Below, piece after piece: positions 50,168 to 60,115 of a stretch of 64,000 nucleotides of DNA. The translations under genes were made by a program, and so were the position numbers. The notes under the pieces are model-generated. The model did no database searches. It was not told the origin of the DNA and was given only the letters and a program-made list of their open reading frames with translations. Origin of the DNA: Bdellovibrionales bacterium (GTDB lineage Bacteria > Bdellovibrionota > Bdellovibrionia > Bdellovibrionales > JAUICD01); NCBI GenBank assembly GCA_965203275.1, contig OZ241865.1:1216001-1280000 (forward strand), in the 5' to 3' direction. How positions within the stretch are numbered: the stretch's first letter is position 1; each line of letters begins with the position of its first letter.

Positions 50168-52165
50168 TTAATAAACAACTAGAGCATCATGGCAATAACT
50201 TTCATCTTCTAAAAGCTCTATTAATTGAGTGTGTTTATTTTGAATAGCCCAATATAAAGCTATTCTGCCATTTTTGTCTTTTATTTTTTTATCTACACCA
50301 GCTTCTATTAAAAGTTGAGCTACTTCTAAAGATCCATAACGAGCTGCCCACATTAAAGGTGTTGTTCCGTAGTGGTCTGGAGTGTTTGGATCAGCTCCTC
50401 TACTTAATAAAAGTTTGACGACTTTAGGGTCACTAAAAAAAGTAGCTAACATCAAAGCTGTATTGCCATGCCTATTTTGATCATTGATTTTAGCCCCTGC
50501 ATCTAACAACATTGTAGCTATTTTCAAATGACCTCGGATGGCAGCCATCATTAAAAGAGTGTTCTCTCCCTTAGGTTCTAAAGATAACAATGCTCCTTTC
50601 CTTAATAAAAGTCGAGATGTATCAGTAAAACCTTGGCGGACAGCTTCTCTTAAAGGTGTTCGTCCTTGTTTATCTCCCTTATTTGGGTCAGCCCCGTGAG
50701 CCAATAATAAATGGGCTATCTGTATATATCCTAATGCAATAGCCACCATCAAAGGGGTTACACCATGTTGATCTGGTATATTAAGATCTACTTTTAATGA
50801 AATCAAGGCTCGAACTATTTCTAATGAATTTTGACTGGTAGCTACCCATACAGGTGTTTCACCGTAAGTATCTTGGCCATTAATAATATTTTTGGGCATA
50901 TCTTCAAATAAGTGTTTTTGAATAGTAGGAATATCTTTATTGTGGATAGCATCAATTAAATTATTCGTCGTGTACGGCTTTTGAGACTGATCAGTTAATA
51001 TCTGATCCTTTCTTTTTGTTTGTTGAGGAAGCATGGGTAAACCTAAAGGAAAATGCATTTTTAAAGTGACATCTGTGACTTCTTTTTTGATGACATCACT
51101 TAATAAATGATATATTTGTTCATAAGACTTCTTAAAAGATTTTTTCCCTAATAGTGTTTGTAATTCTGCATGCATTAAAGGTGTTGTATCATAATGATCA
51201 GCAATTGTAAATTTAGCTCCTGCTATTAGTAAATGTTGAACTATTTGTAAATGTCCTCCAATAACTGCAATGATCAAAGCTGTTGTTCCGTGTACTCTTT
51301 CCTTCACATTGAGATGAACACCTTGACTTATTAAATATGCGACAAATGCAAAATGATCTGCATTAGTAGCCTCCATTAAAGCTGTTTCATTTTTGGCATT
51401 TCTAGCATTAGGATCAGCCCCGTAAGTGACTAATAAATTCCCTATCTGAAGAAGGCCGTTACGAGCTGCTATCATCAAAGGCGTCTCACCAAGTAAGTTG
51501 GGTGCATTTAGATCTAGTTCTGTCCTATGTAAGTCAATAAACTTTTTAACAAGAGCCTGATCACCTTGCTCAATAATTTCAGTCAATTGACTATTCAGAG
51601 AAGGATTGTAATTACTAGCGTTATGTAAAGCTTGAATGATTTTTTGGTAATGATGCTTATGAGCTATATCGAAAGGTGTCAGAGAACCATCAGGGATGGA
51701 CATACGAGGATCTGCATAATTTTCAAGTAATATCTGGACCATTTCTAAGTAGTTATTATTTACTGCTAATGTTAAAGGGGTCATATTTGATCCTCCATGA
51801 CCATTGGGATCAGCTCCTCGATATAATAAGAGTTGAGCCATGTTCATGTTATTGTTTTCAACAGCAATCATTAGAGGTGTAAGACCTTTATGGATTACGA
51901 GATTGGGATCGGCATTGTAATTTAATAAAAGCCTAGCTATTTTTATATAACCTAAATTGACAGCTGCCGATAAAGCAGTGATAGATTCTTCTGAATAATT
52001 AGGATCCATATCGTCTATGAGGAGTTGTTTATGTACTTCATTGATATTATTATCAGTGACAGCTTTTAGAAAGTTGACTTCTTCAGCGAAGGCTTGATGG
52101 CTTAAAAACAAGTAGCAGTGAATAATCACAAAGTTTATTAAATAGATGACCAAAAATTTTTTCAT
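50168..52165 (-). CDS. Secreted multi-ankyrin-repeat protein
   Basis: Signal ending AFA; about 15 GxTPLMxA ankyrin repeats in three blocks. Confidence 0.93.
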   Translation of the reverse strand: MKKFLVIYLINFVIIHCYLFLSHQAFAEEVNFLKAVTDNNINEVHKQLLIDDMDPNYSEESITALSAAVNLGYIKIARLLLNYNADPNLVIHKGLTPLMIAVENNNMNMAQLLLYRGADPNGHGGSNMTPLTLAVNNNYLEMVQILLENYADPRMSIPDGSLTPFDIAHKHHYQKIIQALHNASNYNPSLNSQLTEIIEQGDQALVKKFIDLHRTELDLNAPNLLGETPLMIAARNGLLQIGNLLVTYGADPNARNAKNETALMEATNADHFAFVAYLISQGVHLNVKERVHGTTALIIAVIGGHLQIVQHLLIAGAKFTIADHYDTTPLMHAELQTLLGKKSFKKSYEQIYHLLSDVIKKEVTDVTLKMHFPLGLPMLPQQTKRKDQILTDQSQKPYTTNNLIDAIHNKDIPTIQKHLFEDMPKNIINGQDTYGETPVWVATSQNSLEIVRALISLKVDLNIPDQHGVTPLMVAIALGYIQIAHLLLAHGADPNKGDKQGRTPLREAVRQGFTDTSRLLLRKGALLSLEPKGENTLLMMAAIRGHLKIATMLLDAGAKINDQNRHGNTALMLATFFSDPKVVKLLLSRGADPNTPDHYGTTPLMWAARYGSLEVAQLLIEAGVDKKIKDKNGRIALYWAIQNKHTQLIELLEDESYCHDALVVY

Positions 52166-52184
52166 AGAATTTATTTAGCAGAGG

Positions 52185-52222
52185 AAAAAGAAAAAGGCAA
52201 AGCAATTTACAGATGCTTTGCC
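52185..52222 (-). terminator. Intrinsic terminator
   Basis: Minus strand GGCAAAGCA-N9-TGCTTTGCC followed by TTTTTCTTTTT. Confidence 0.6.
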
Positions 52223-52229
52223 GTTTGGT

Positions 52230-52585
52230 TCACTCAAAATGAGCCACACCGCTGGTGTGTTTTTGGGCATTGCTCTGACAGCTATACGCTGTCTAAAAAG
52301 AGCAATGCCACAAAAAACTGCTCATTTTGAGTAGGGAGGATCTCCTCGTTTTTTTACCACATGTTAAGGAAAAAGTTCATTCATCACCGCTGGCAACCTA
52401 GAAAGCTTGACCACTTTTAGTAGGAGAATCTCCTCGTTTTTTTACCACATGTTAAGGAAAAAGTTCATTCTCAAAAGCCTGTTCAATTTTAGGAAGAAGG
52501 ATATCCTCATTTTTTAACACAATGTTAAGGAAAAAGTTCATTCTCAAAAGCTTGTTCAATTTTAGGGAAATGTTAAGGAAACAAG
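52230..52585 (-). repeat. Structured element cluster
   Basis: Full copy 52231-52375 plus three partial copies. Confidence 0.92.
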
Positions 52586-52608
52586 CCCATCTTGAATGTA
52601 AGGAGTTT

Positions 52609-53550
52609 TTAGCTAAAAGAAACTTGATTTTTGCCATTTCTTTTAGAAGCATATACTGCTTTATCAGCTTTTTCGAAAAATTCTTCCCATGTCTTTGTGC
52701 TAGGTTCTAAAAGAGCAACACCTATAGATACAGTGGCAGACATAGTAAGCTGTTCATGCTTAAATGCATGAACTTCAATGATATGACGCATTCTTTCTGC
52801 TATTTTGGAGACTTCTTCTTTATTTTTGTTACAAAGTAAAATACAAAACTCCTCTCCACCAAAGCGTGCAAAAAAATCTTCAGAACGAATGACTTGATTT
52901 TTAATTAAGGAAGCTAGCTCTTTGAGTAAAGAATCTCCAGCTAAATGACCATAAGTGTCGTTGATCACCTTAAAATTATCTAAATCTAAGACAATAACAG
53001 CTAGTTGTGAAGAAAGCTGTTTTGCTCTTTGAAAGACTTCTTTTCCATTAGAAATTAAAGCTGCTTTATTATAAATATTTGTAAGATCATCCATTTGGTT
53101 TCTACCATGAGCAAATGCCTCTGGACCACCTTCTTCCACATACTTAAAAATAACGTTACCCATTTTGATTTGATCTTGATCTTTTAACATGTAGGATTTT
53201 TGTGGGTCAATCTTTTCATTATTAATAGATGTGCCATTTGTAGAATTGAGATCTTCAATAAAGACCTCATTTTTGTCGTTCATGGTGAGCTTACAGTGTG
53301 TACTGCTGACACTTCTTTGTCCAACAGAAATATCAGATATAGAAGCCCGACCAACAAGTATCTCTGGTTTGTTTTTATTCAGGAGCCATGATCTTCCTAT
53401 CATTTCTATAGGGCCAATCAACAAAATTAAAGCAGGATTCACCATTTGTAGTTGTTTCAGAGTTGTATTGAGTGTATCTCCTGACATAATAGTTGTAGCT
53501 TCTATATCATAATCTTCATCTTGAATATTTTGATCTTCTTTATCTATCAT
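52609..53550 (-). CDS. dgcB: FHA + GGDEF diguanylate cyclase (DgcB-like)
   Basis: N-tail EATTIMSGDT; FHA VGR..SVSSTH..DLNSTNGT; RxxD (RSED) and GGEEF; architecture matches Bdellovibrio DgcB. Confidence 0.8.
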   Translation of the reverse strand: MIDKEDQNIQDEDYDIEATTIMSGDTLNTTLKQLQMVNPALILLIGPIEMIGRSWLLNKNKPEILVGRASISDISVGQRSVSSTHCKLTMNDKNEVFIEDLNSTNGTSINNEKIDPQKSYMLKDQDQIKMGNVIFKYVEEGGPEAFAHGRNQMDDLTNIYNKAALISNGKEVFQRAKQLSSQLAVIVLDLDNFKVINDTYGHLAGDSLLKELASLIKNQVIRSEDFFARFGGEEFCILLCNKNKEEVSKIAERMRHIIEVHAFKHEQLTMSATVSIGVALLEPSTKTWEEFFEKADKAVYASKRNGKNQVSFS

Positions 53551-53618
53551 AATAAACCTCATCATTACTTTACTACTTTAAAAATAAAACATGCATCAAA
53601 TATCATTGTATCACACTC

Positions 53619-54848
53619 TTAAGTTTTTGTTAAATATTTTTGAGCTAGTCTTTTACCTTGTACTACACCTGGTTGGTCAAAAACATTAATATTTAGAATC
53701 TCTCCCAAAGTCCCTACCATCATCTGTAGGACCATCACTAATTCACCTAAATTTATTGCAGATGTATCTTTTAAGGTTAAAGTTAATGAAGGGGTCTTTT
53801 TTTGGCTTAAAATATCTCTGGTAGCCTTCATTTCTGCTACTAAGACAGAACCTAAAGGAGAACCCTTACAAGCAACCAATTCTGAAAAAAGACTTACATC
53901 TAAAGGTTTGCCAAAAGTTTCTGAAGCTTTTGATCTAATAAACCAAATAAATGGTCTATAAGCACCTTCCACAAGAGCTTGTAAAATAGAATGTTGATCA
54001 TTACTGCCCACAAGAGGTATAGGAAAACTCACCTCTGTAGCTAAACTACCTTGTCTAGTGTGAGCTTTTGTTAATGATTCTGACCAAAGCTGTTGAAACC
54101 ATAGGCCAAATTCTTTTAAATAGTCAGAATAACACCAAATAAAAGTCATCCATTCTTTCCGCTGCCAGCTATCTAAAACCTGACTGGCTAAATCTATCAC
54201 TAAAGGTTTATTTTTTAATCCAGCAATAGCCCCATCTTGTAGCTTTGTGATATCTCCTCCTGCAAAAGCTATGGGTAAAAGGCCAACAGGACTTAGGCAA
54301 GAATATCTTCCCACGATATCTTTAGGTATTTCTAAAATAGGTATTTGTGTCTGGCAAGCCCAATTATAAAGAGGATTATCATTCGGCTCTGTGATCACTG
54401 TAGCCTGTTGACATAATGGGATGCGACTTTGGGATAAAACCTGGTGAATAAACTGCGTTTGTGTCAGAGTTTCAAGAGTCATGCCGCTTTTTGAGACAAT
54501 CACCCAATGGGTTTTTGTATCAGAATGTAACACTTTTATTCGATTCCAAAATGCAACACTATCTACATTCTCAAAAAAAAGGAGCTTACGATCTAATGAA
54601 GGGGAAAGAGCCTGATAAAGCATCCGAGAAGATAAAGAAGAGCCTCCAATACCTACTACAGCCATTTGATTGTAATGAGGTTTTATTTGATGAACTCTTT
54701 TTAAGACTTTAGCCCAGATAGATTTTTTATAAGGTAAAGTAAGAAAACCAACGTCTTGTCTTTGCATCAATGTGTAGAGAGCTTTTTGACAAATATCATA
54801 CGTGTTTTGTGAAGAGCTATAAAAAGTATGAGAGAGTGAAATATTCAT
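53619..54848 (-). CDS. pgi: Glucose-6-phosphate isomerase
   Basis: VGIGGSSL, VSKSG.TLET, VGRYS, QQLWSES, DQHS, FDQPGV. Confidence 0.92.
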   Translation of the reverse strand: MNISLSHTFYSSSQNTYDICQKALYTLMQRQDVGFLTLPYKKSIWAKVLKRVHQIKPHYNQMAVVGIGGSSLSSRMLYQALSPSLDRKLLFFENVDSVAFWNRIKVLHSDTKTHWVIVSKSGMTLETLTQTQFIHQVLSQSRIPLCQQATVITEPNDNPLYNWACQTQIPILEIPKDIVGRYSCLSPVGLLPIAFAGGDITKLQDGAIAGLKNKPLVIDLASQVLDSWQRKEWMTFIWCYSDYLKEFGLWFQQLWSESLTKAHTRQGSLATEVSFPIPLVGSNDQHSILQALVEGAYRPFIWFIRSKASETFGKPLDVSLFSELVACKGSPLGSVLVAEMKATRDILSQKKTPSLTLTLKDTSAINLGELVMVLQMMVGTLGEILNINVFDQPGVVQGKRLAQKYLTKT

Positions 54849-55646
54849 TTAGCTTTTATCTCTTGTAAAGAAGAGATAACCTCCAATACCTCCTGCACTT
54901 AAGAGTAACAACGTTAATAATCTTTTCATGCGACGTGACTTAGCAGTAGGTTCATTAGGTAGTTCTTCATCTGCATACATATCCAAAGGGAAGGCTGATT
55001 GAATAGAACCACCAATAGATTCGTTGCTCCCTCTCAGAGCATTTCTAGTAGGATTATTTAATAGAGCATCAGTGGCAATGACTCTTAGTGAGTTAATAGC
55101 TCTGATAAAAGCAGGTGAATACTTTGAAAATTCAGTCTTATGAGCAGAAAAAGTAACCAAAATAGCTATACTGCTTTTTGTAGTGGCTAAATAACGTGTA
55201 TAAAAATTAGGAAGCTCAGAACTTAAATGCCGTCCATCAACCCAATTATGGTTAGCAATCTTTCTATTTCTGACATCTTGTACCTGTGATCTAATAGACT
55301 GCCCTTTGTTACCTACAATTTGTCTAGGTGTTTTTAAGTAAGTGGTGTATTGATCTAGTGAGTCTATAACCCCCACCTCTTTAGCAGTTAAAATAATAAT
55401 AGCCTCTTTGAGAGCGTCTTGTTTTCCTTGGCAAACCCACTCTGTCTTTTCTAACTTACAATCCCACCCCGCAGGTAATTCAAAACTTACATAATCATTG
55501 CGAAAAACTTTAGCAATAGCTCCTTCTACACAAAATAAATGCATTATAAAGACCAATAATATATATTGCGGTGCGTTAAAATTCAGTGTTTTTAGATGTT
55601 TATTGAGGGCGTTTATGTACTGATTAGAAAATATTTGAGTAGACAT
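54849..55646 (-). CDS. Exported hypothetical protein with C-terminal TM
   Basis: VSFELPAGW motif; C-terminal hydrophobic helix. Confidence 0.8.
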   Translation of the reverse strand: MSTQIFSNQYINALNKHLKTLNFNAPQYILLVFIMHLFCVEGAIAKVFRNDYVSFELPAGWDCKLEKTEWVCQGKQDALKEAIIILTAKEVGVIDSLDQYTTYLKTPRQIVGNKGQSIRSQVQDVRNRKIANHNWVDGRHLSSELPNFYTRYLATTKSSIAILVTFSAHKTEFSKYSPAFIRAINSLRVIATDALLNNPTRNALRGSNESIGGSIQSAFPLDMYADEELPNEPTAKSRRMKRLLTLLLLSAGGIGGYLFFTRDKS

Positions 55647-55756
55647 GAGTACAAACTCCTTTATTTTTTATAGTTTTTCATGTTTTTGTGTAATTTTAAG
55701 ATGCTACGCTTATATTTTGCTTTTTTATGGTCTTCTTTTATGATATAGGTATTTTT

Positions 55757-56650
55757 ATGAATTTCCAACAATTAAAAACTTTTTGTACTGTTTTAAGTGA
55801 AAAAAGCATGACAGCAGCAGCTCAAAAGTTATTTTTAACTCAACCTGCTGTGAGTCAACAAATTCGCCAGCTTGAGGATGCTGTTGGTGTCAATCTTTTT
55901 GTCAGAGGTGTTCGCAAGATTAAGCCCACTTTTCAAGGGCAGATGCTTTATGAATATGCTCAACGTATTTTAAATTTAGCAGATCAAGCAGAGTTAGCTA
56001 TCCAAACAATGGGTGAGGGTGTACGAGGTCCTTTACGTATTGGAACATTAAATTCCATTGGACTCCATGCTATTGGAGCTACATTTTCTATGTTTTTAAA
56101 GAGCAATAAGCAAGTCTGCCTGCAACTCAAATATGCTCAGGGACACCAACTTTTAGATATGTTAGAAAAAGGAAATCTTGATTTAGCTGTTTTGCCAGAC
56201 GCTTCTAATGAGTACAAAAGAGACCCAAAAGATTGTGATAAGGTTTTTCTTTCTAATACAGAGCTTTGGCTAACAGCCTCTGCTAAAGACCAGTCTCTTC
56301 CTGATAGTATTTATCTCAGAGATATTAATTTAAAGTCTCTTGTAATGATCACAGGGGAGTATCCTAAATTTGAAAACTTTGTTCATAGAGAACTCAAAAA
56401 ACAAGGTATTATACCTAAGACTGTTTTTGAGTCTTCAAATATTGGAACCTTGAAAAGAGTAATTGAAACTGGTGTAGGTTGGGGGTTTTTGCCCTCTCAT
56501 GCTATTAGAAAGCAAATCAAAACAAATCGGCTTAAGCATATTCCCATTAAAGATTTCTTTTACAGTATGAAGCTTGTTTGCTATCACTCTAAAACCCGAA
56601 ACAATGATACAACCAGTGAAGTTTTTTTAAAAGTCTTAACAGGTCGCTAG
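55757..56650 (+). CDS. LysR-family regulator
   Basis: MNFQQLKTF..SMTAAAQKLFLTQPAVSQQIRQLE. Confidence 0.96.
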   Translation: MNFQQLKTFCTVLSEKSMTAAAQKLFLTQPAVSQQIRQLEDAVGVNLFVRGVRKIKPTFQGQMLYEYAQRILNLADQAELAIQTMGEGVRGPLRIGTLNSIGLHAIGATFSMFLKSNKQVCLQLKYAQGHQLLDMLEKGNLDLAVLPDASNEYKRDPKDCDKVFLSNTELWLTASAKDQSLPDSIYLRDINLKSLVMITGEYPKFENFVHRELKKQGIIPKTVFESSNIGTLKRVIETGVGWGFLPSHAIRKQIKTNRLKHIPIKDFFYSMKLVCYHSKTRNNDTTSEVFLKVLTGR

Positions 56651-56705
56651 CCTTTAGTTGATTTAACAAAAAAGTGAAATGCAGTGATAGCAGAAAGGTT
56701 CAAAT

Positions 56706-57227
56706 ATGACACAACTCCAGATGAGTAAAGAAAAAATGGTTGAAATTATCAGAAACTTGGGATTAAAAGTCACCTGGCAACGTCTTTGTATTCTGGAAAC
56801 CCTTTTAAAAAGAGGACAGCATTTTTCTGTCCAAGTGATCTTTGAAGACATCAGTCAAAGTGCTGCACAGTCAGGTGATCCTAATATAGGATTTGCTACT
56901 GTATATCGGTTTTTAAGGAAACTTGCTCAAAGTGGTTATATTATAGAAACTCGTATAGGAGGTCTACCCGCTCGTTATGAATGGGCTAATCAAAGACATC
57001 ATGATCATCTTACATGTCTAATTTGTCATAAGATTTGTGAATTTGAAAATGAAGAAATTGAAAAACTACAAAGAAAGGTAGCCTTAAATTTTGGCTTTCA
57101 GCTAACAGATCACCTTATGGAGCTTTATGGTATATGCTCTCAATGTTTAGATAAAGGAGCTAAGGTAGAGAGCAAACAAAAATTTTCCCCCCAAATTTTT
57201 AATAAAAATCACTTAGAGCATGGTTAG
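56706..57227 (+). CDS. fur: Fur-family regulator
   Basis: TWQRL, IGFATVYRFL, HHDHLTCLIC, YGICSQC. Confidence 0.9.
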   Translation: MTQLQMSKEKMVEIIRNLGLKVTWQRLCILETLLKRGQHFSVQVIFEDISQSAAQSGDPNIGFATVYRFLRKLAQSGYIIETRIGGLPARYEWANQRHHDHLTCLICHKICEFENEEIEKLQRKVALNFGFQLTDHLMELYGICSQCLDKGAKVESKQKFSPQIFNKNHLEHG

Positions 57228-57327
57228 ATTTCATGCCATACTTTTTCCTAGCTAGATCATAATAGGTAAATAGTACATAATAAGGTCTATAATTTTGTAA
57301 AGTAGATTGAATTCTTGATTTTATATT

Positions 57328-58344
57328 ATGTATTATAGATATATTATGTCAGAAGCACCTTTAAAAGATATAGCTGATCAAATTAGAAAATCCTGTCGGA
57401 TTGTCATATCAACCCATAAGCATCTCGATGGTGATGGATTAGGTTCTGAGCTAGCTCTTTACTATGCCCTTAAAAAAATCAAAAAAGACATACGTATTTT
57501 AAACTTAGATGGTGTACCTGCCAGATATGCTTTCTTAAATACAGATCAACATATACAGACTTATCTTTCCAAACATGATCCTTTACAAAAAACAGACCTA
57601 GCCCTTATTGTAGACACGAATGATTCTCGTCTGTTAGGGGAGTTATTTCCTCAATTAGAAACCTCTTGCAATCGTATTTTATTTATAGATCATCATTTAC
57701 CTCTTGAAAATGGACCTCAACCTACAGAGGGTTCTTACATTGATATCACTGCTGCTAGTACAGGTGAGATGATCTTTCACCTCATCAAAGAACTAGAAAT
57801 TCCTTTAGATAAAAAAATTGCAAGAGCTATTTATACTTCTATTATTTTTGATACACAGTTTTTCCGTTATGTTCGCAATTCAGGAACATCTCATCGGATT
57901 GCAGCAGAGCTTTTAGAATATGAAAAAAATCCTATGGAAGTCAGTCAAAATATCTTTGGAAATTACACAGCTAATAAACTAAGCTTTCTTTCAAAAGTTT
58001 TAGGGAAGGTGGAATACCTCAATAATGGACGATTTGCTCTTTTGATCATCAAACAAAAGGATATATTAGATCTGCAACTGACATACGATGACAGCCTTGA
58101 TGTTATTGATATGGTAATGAATGTCAAAAGCTTAGAAACAGCGATACTTTTTTTAGAGATGACAAATAAAAATCATTATAAAATATCTTTGCGGAGTAAA
58201 GGGAAAATTAATGTATCTACTATTGCAGATAGCCTTGGAGGAGGAGGGCATTTTTATTCTTCAGGAGCTTTTGTAAAAGGTGAGCTGGAAGTTTTTAAGG
58301 AAAAGATTATTAAACAATTAAAACAACAATTAAACAATCAATAG
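57328..58344 (+). CDS. nrnA: DHH/DHHA1 phosphoesterase (NrnA-like)
   Basis: HLDGDGLGS, VD, IDHH, SLRS, GGGH. Confidence 0.88.
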   Translation: MYYRYIMSEAPLKDIADQIRKSCRIVISTHKHLDGDGLGSELALYYALKKIKKDIRILNLDGVPARYAFLNTDQHIQTYLSKHDPLQKTDLALIVDTNDSRLLGELFPQLETSCNRILFIDHHLPLENGPQPTEGSYIDITAASTGEMIFHLIKELEIPLDKKIARAIYTSIIFDTQFFRYVRNSGTSHRIAAELLEYEKNPMEVSQNIFGNYTANKLSFLSKVLGKVEYLNNGRFALLIIKQKDILDLQLTYDDSLDVIDMVMNVKSLETAILFLEMTNKNHYKISLRSKGKINVSTIADSLGGGGHFYSSGAFVKGELEVFKEKIIKQLKQQLNNQ

Positions 58345-58525
58345 AGAGGATATTTTGGTCATTGGTCAAGTAGAGTTACAACATTTAGGTCTATTTATTT
58401 TAACATTATACTTTATTTCTTTATTGTCGTAAGATTTTATGAGTAGATAAGATTAAGTGCATTATGATAATTATATATTTATTCAAAAATAATAAATAAA
58501 ATAAAAAATAATAAAGGATAAAAGC

Positions 58526-59785
58526 ATGGCTTTAAGATTTCATATTTTTATTTATAGTTTTTGTCTTGTTTTACTTTGTCTGTTAGGATGTAGCTCAAGC
58601 AATGTTGAAGATGAAGGTTCAGAAGTTCCAACAGAAGCATCTCTCGATGAGAACACTGAAGGATTAAATGAGCTAACAGATGAGTTAGGATTAGATGATA
58701 GCGGAGGACTCCCTGATGCAACGCTTGGAGATGATTCTTTAGCTGAACTGCCAGATTCTCCTCCGGGCGATGATTCCACTGTATCATTGGATGAGGACTC
58801 TGGATTGCCTTCATTGCCACTAGCAGAAGCTGATTCGCAAGAATCCTCTTCAGACTTTCCTGCTTTTGATACAGGAACTTCTGATTTTTCAAGTGGTTTA
58901 CCACAAAAAATCCCTGTTAAAAAAATCAAAACTTTTCCTTTCCATAGAGCAGGTATATTAGCTAATGCGGTTTATATAGCTAGAAGTGGAGAAGACTTGA
59001 ATTCTATTAGTCAAAAAATCTTTGGTACTGATAGAACTGCGGAGTTACTTCAGGTCAACCCTAATTTACATCGAGGAGTAGATGTAGGAGATAAAGTTTA
59101 TTATAATTCACCGAATAGACCAAGTGATGGGGATAATTTGCTTTTTTATTATGAAGATATGGGAGCAACACCTCAACAATACAATGTTGTAAGAAATGAC
59201 AATATAAGAGATTTGGCAGAAACTCTTTTAGGAGAAAGAGAATCATGGAAAGAAATATGGGCTACAAATCTTGAAGTAGAATCTAAATGGAATTTAAGAG
59301 AAGGACTTGTTTTACGATACTGGGCAGCTACATCCACACCGCCACCTCCTCTAATGGAAACAGCAGAGACAATACCACAAGACAGTGAAGTCATTGGAGA
59401 TGATGGGTCTATTCCAGAAGTTCCTGATATAGCAGCAAATACAGGTGATAGCTTGCCAGGATCAGATGGAGTTCCACCTCCACCACCTCCTATAGCAGAT
59501 CAAGATGAATTTCCACCACCTCCTCCCGGAGGAGATATGGATAATGATTTTCCACCGCCGCCTCCACCACCTGGAGGAGGTATGGATGACCTTCCTCCTC
59601 CACCACCGCCTATAGGTGGTATAGGAGATCAAAGTTCACCTGGAGGAGGTCTTTTAGAAGATGATAATTCTCTCATGTTGTTAGCTGTAGGTGTCGTTAT
59701 TGTTATGTTTGTGATGATTGTTGCCATTCGCAGAAAATCTAGAAAACGTAAAATGCGAGTGGATATAGGAGATACACAAATTTAA
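58526..59785 (+). CDS. Lipoprotein with LysM-like domains, polyproline linker and C-terminal TM
   Basis: LLGC lipobox; YIARSGEDLNSIS and YNVVRNDNIRDLA; PPPPPP runs; TM followed by RRKSRKRK. Confidence 0.8.
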   Translation: MALRFHIFIYSFCLVLLCLLGCSSSNVEDEGSEVPTEASLDENTEGLNELTDELGLDDSGGLPDATLGDDSLAELPDSPPGDDSTVSLDEDSGLPSLPLAEADSQESSSDFPAFDTGTSDFSSGLPQKIPVKKIKTFPFHRAGILANAVYIARSGEDLNSISQKIFGTDRTAELLQVNPNLHRGVDVGDKVYYNSPNRPSDGDNLLFYYEDMGATPQQYNVVRNDNIRDLAETLLGERESWKEIWATNLEVESKWNLREGLVLRYWAATSTPPPPLMETAETIPQDSEVIGDDGSIPEVPDIAANTGDSLPGSDGVPPPPPPIADQDEFPPPPPGGDMDNDFPPPPPPPGGGMDDLPPPPPPIGGIGDQSSPGGGLLEDDNSLMLLAVGVVIVMFVMIVAIRRKSRKRKMRVDIGDTQI

Positions 59786-60115
59786 ACATAATGACTATCT
59801 GATTTTGTAAAGTCTAATGCCATTAACCTAATAATTTGTACTATGACTGTTTTATGAATGCAAATTTATGAGTGCAAAGTCCTAATAATATTCAGAGATA
59901 TTTAGAGCATCAAAGGCAATAAAGCCAAAGCCATCAAAAATTTATTCCTAAGATTTTGTTCTTAAATTTTATTTTATGAGAAAATTAAATAATCAAACTC
60001 ATCTTAAGTCTTTAATTTGAGAGATTAAAAAATTATTTTCTACCATCAAGACTTGTTAAAGCTTAAAAAAGTTTCTAAAATAATCTTATAGTGTAAAAAA
60101 TTAGGAAGACTCAAA

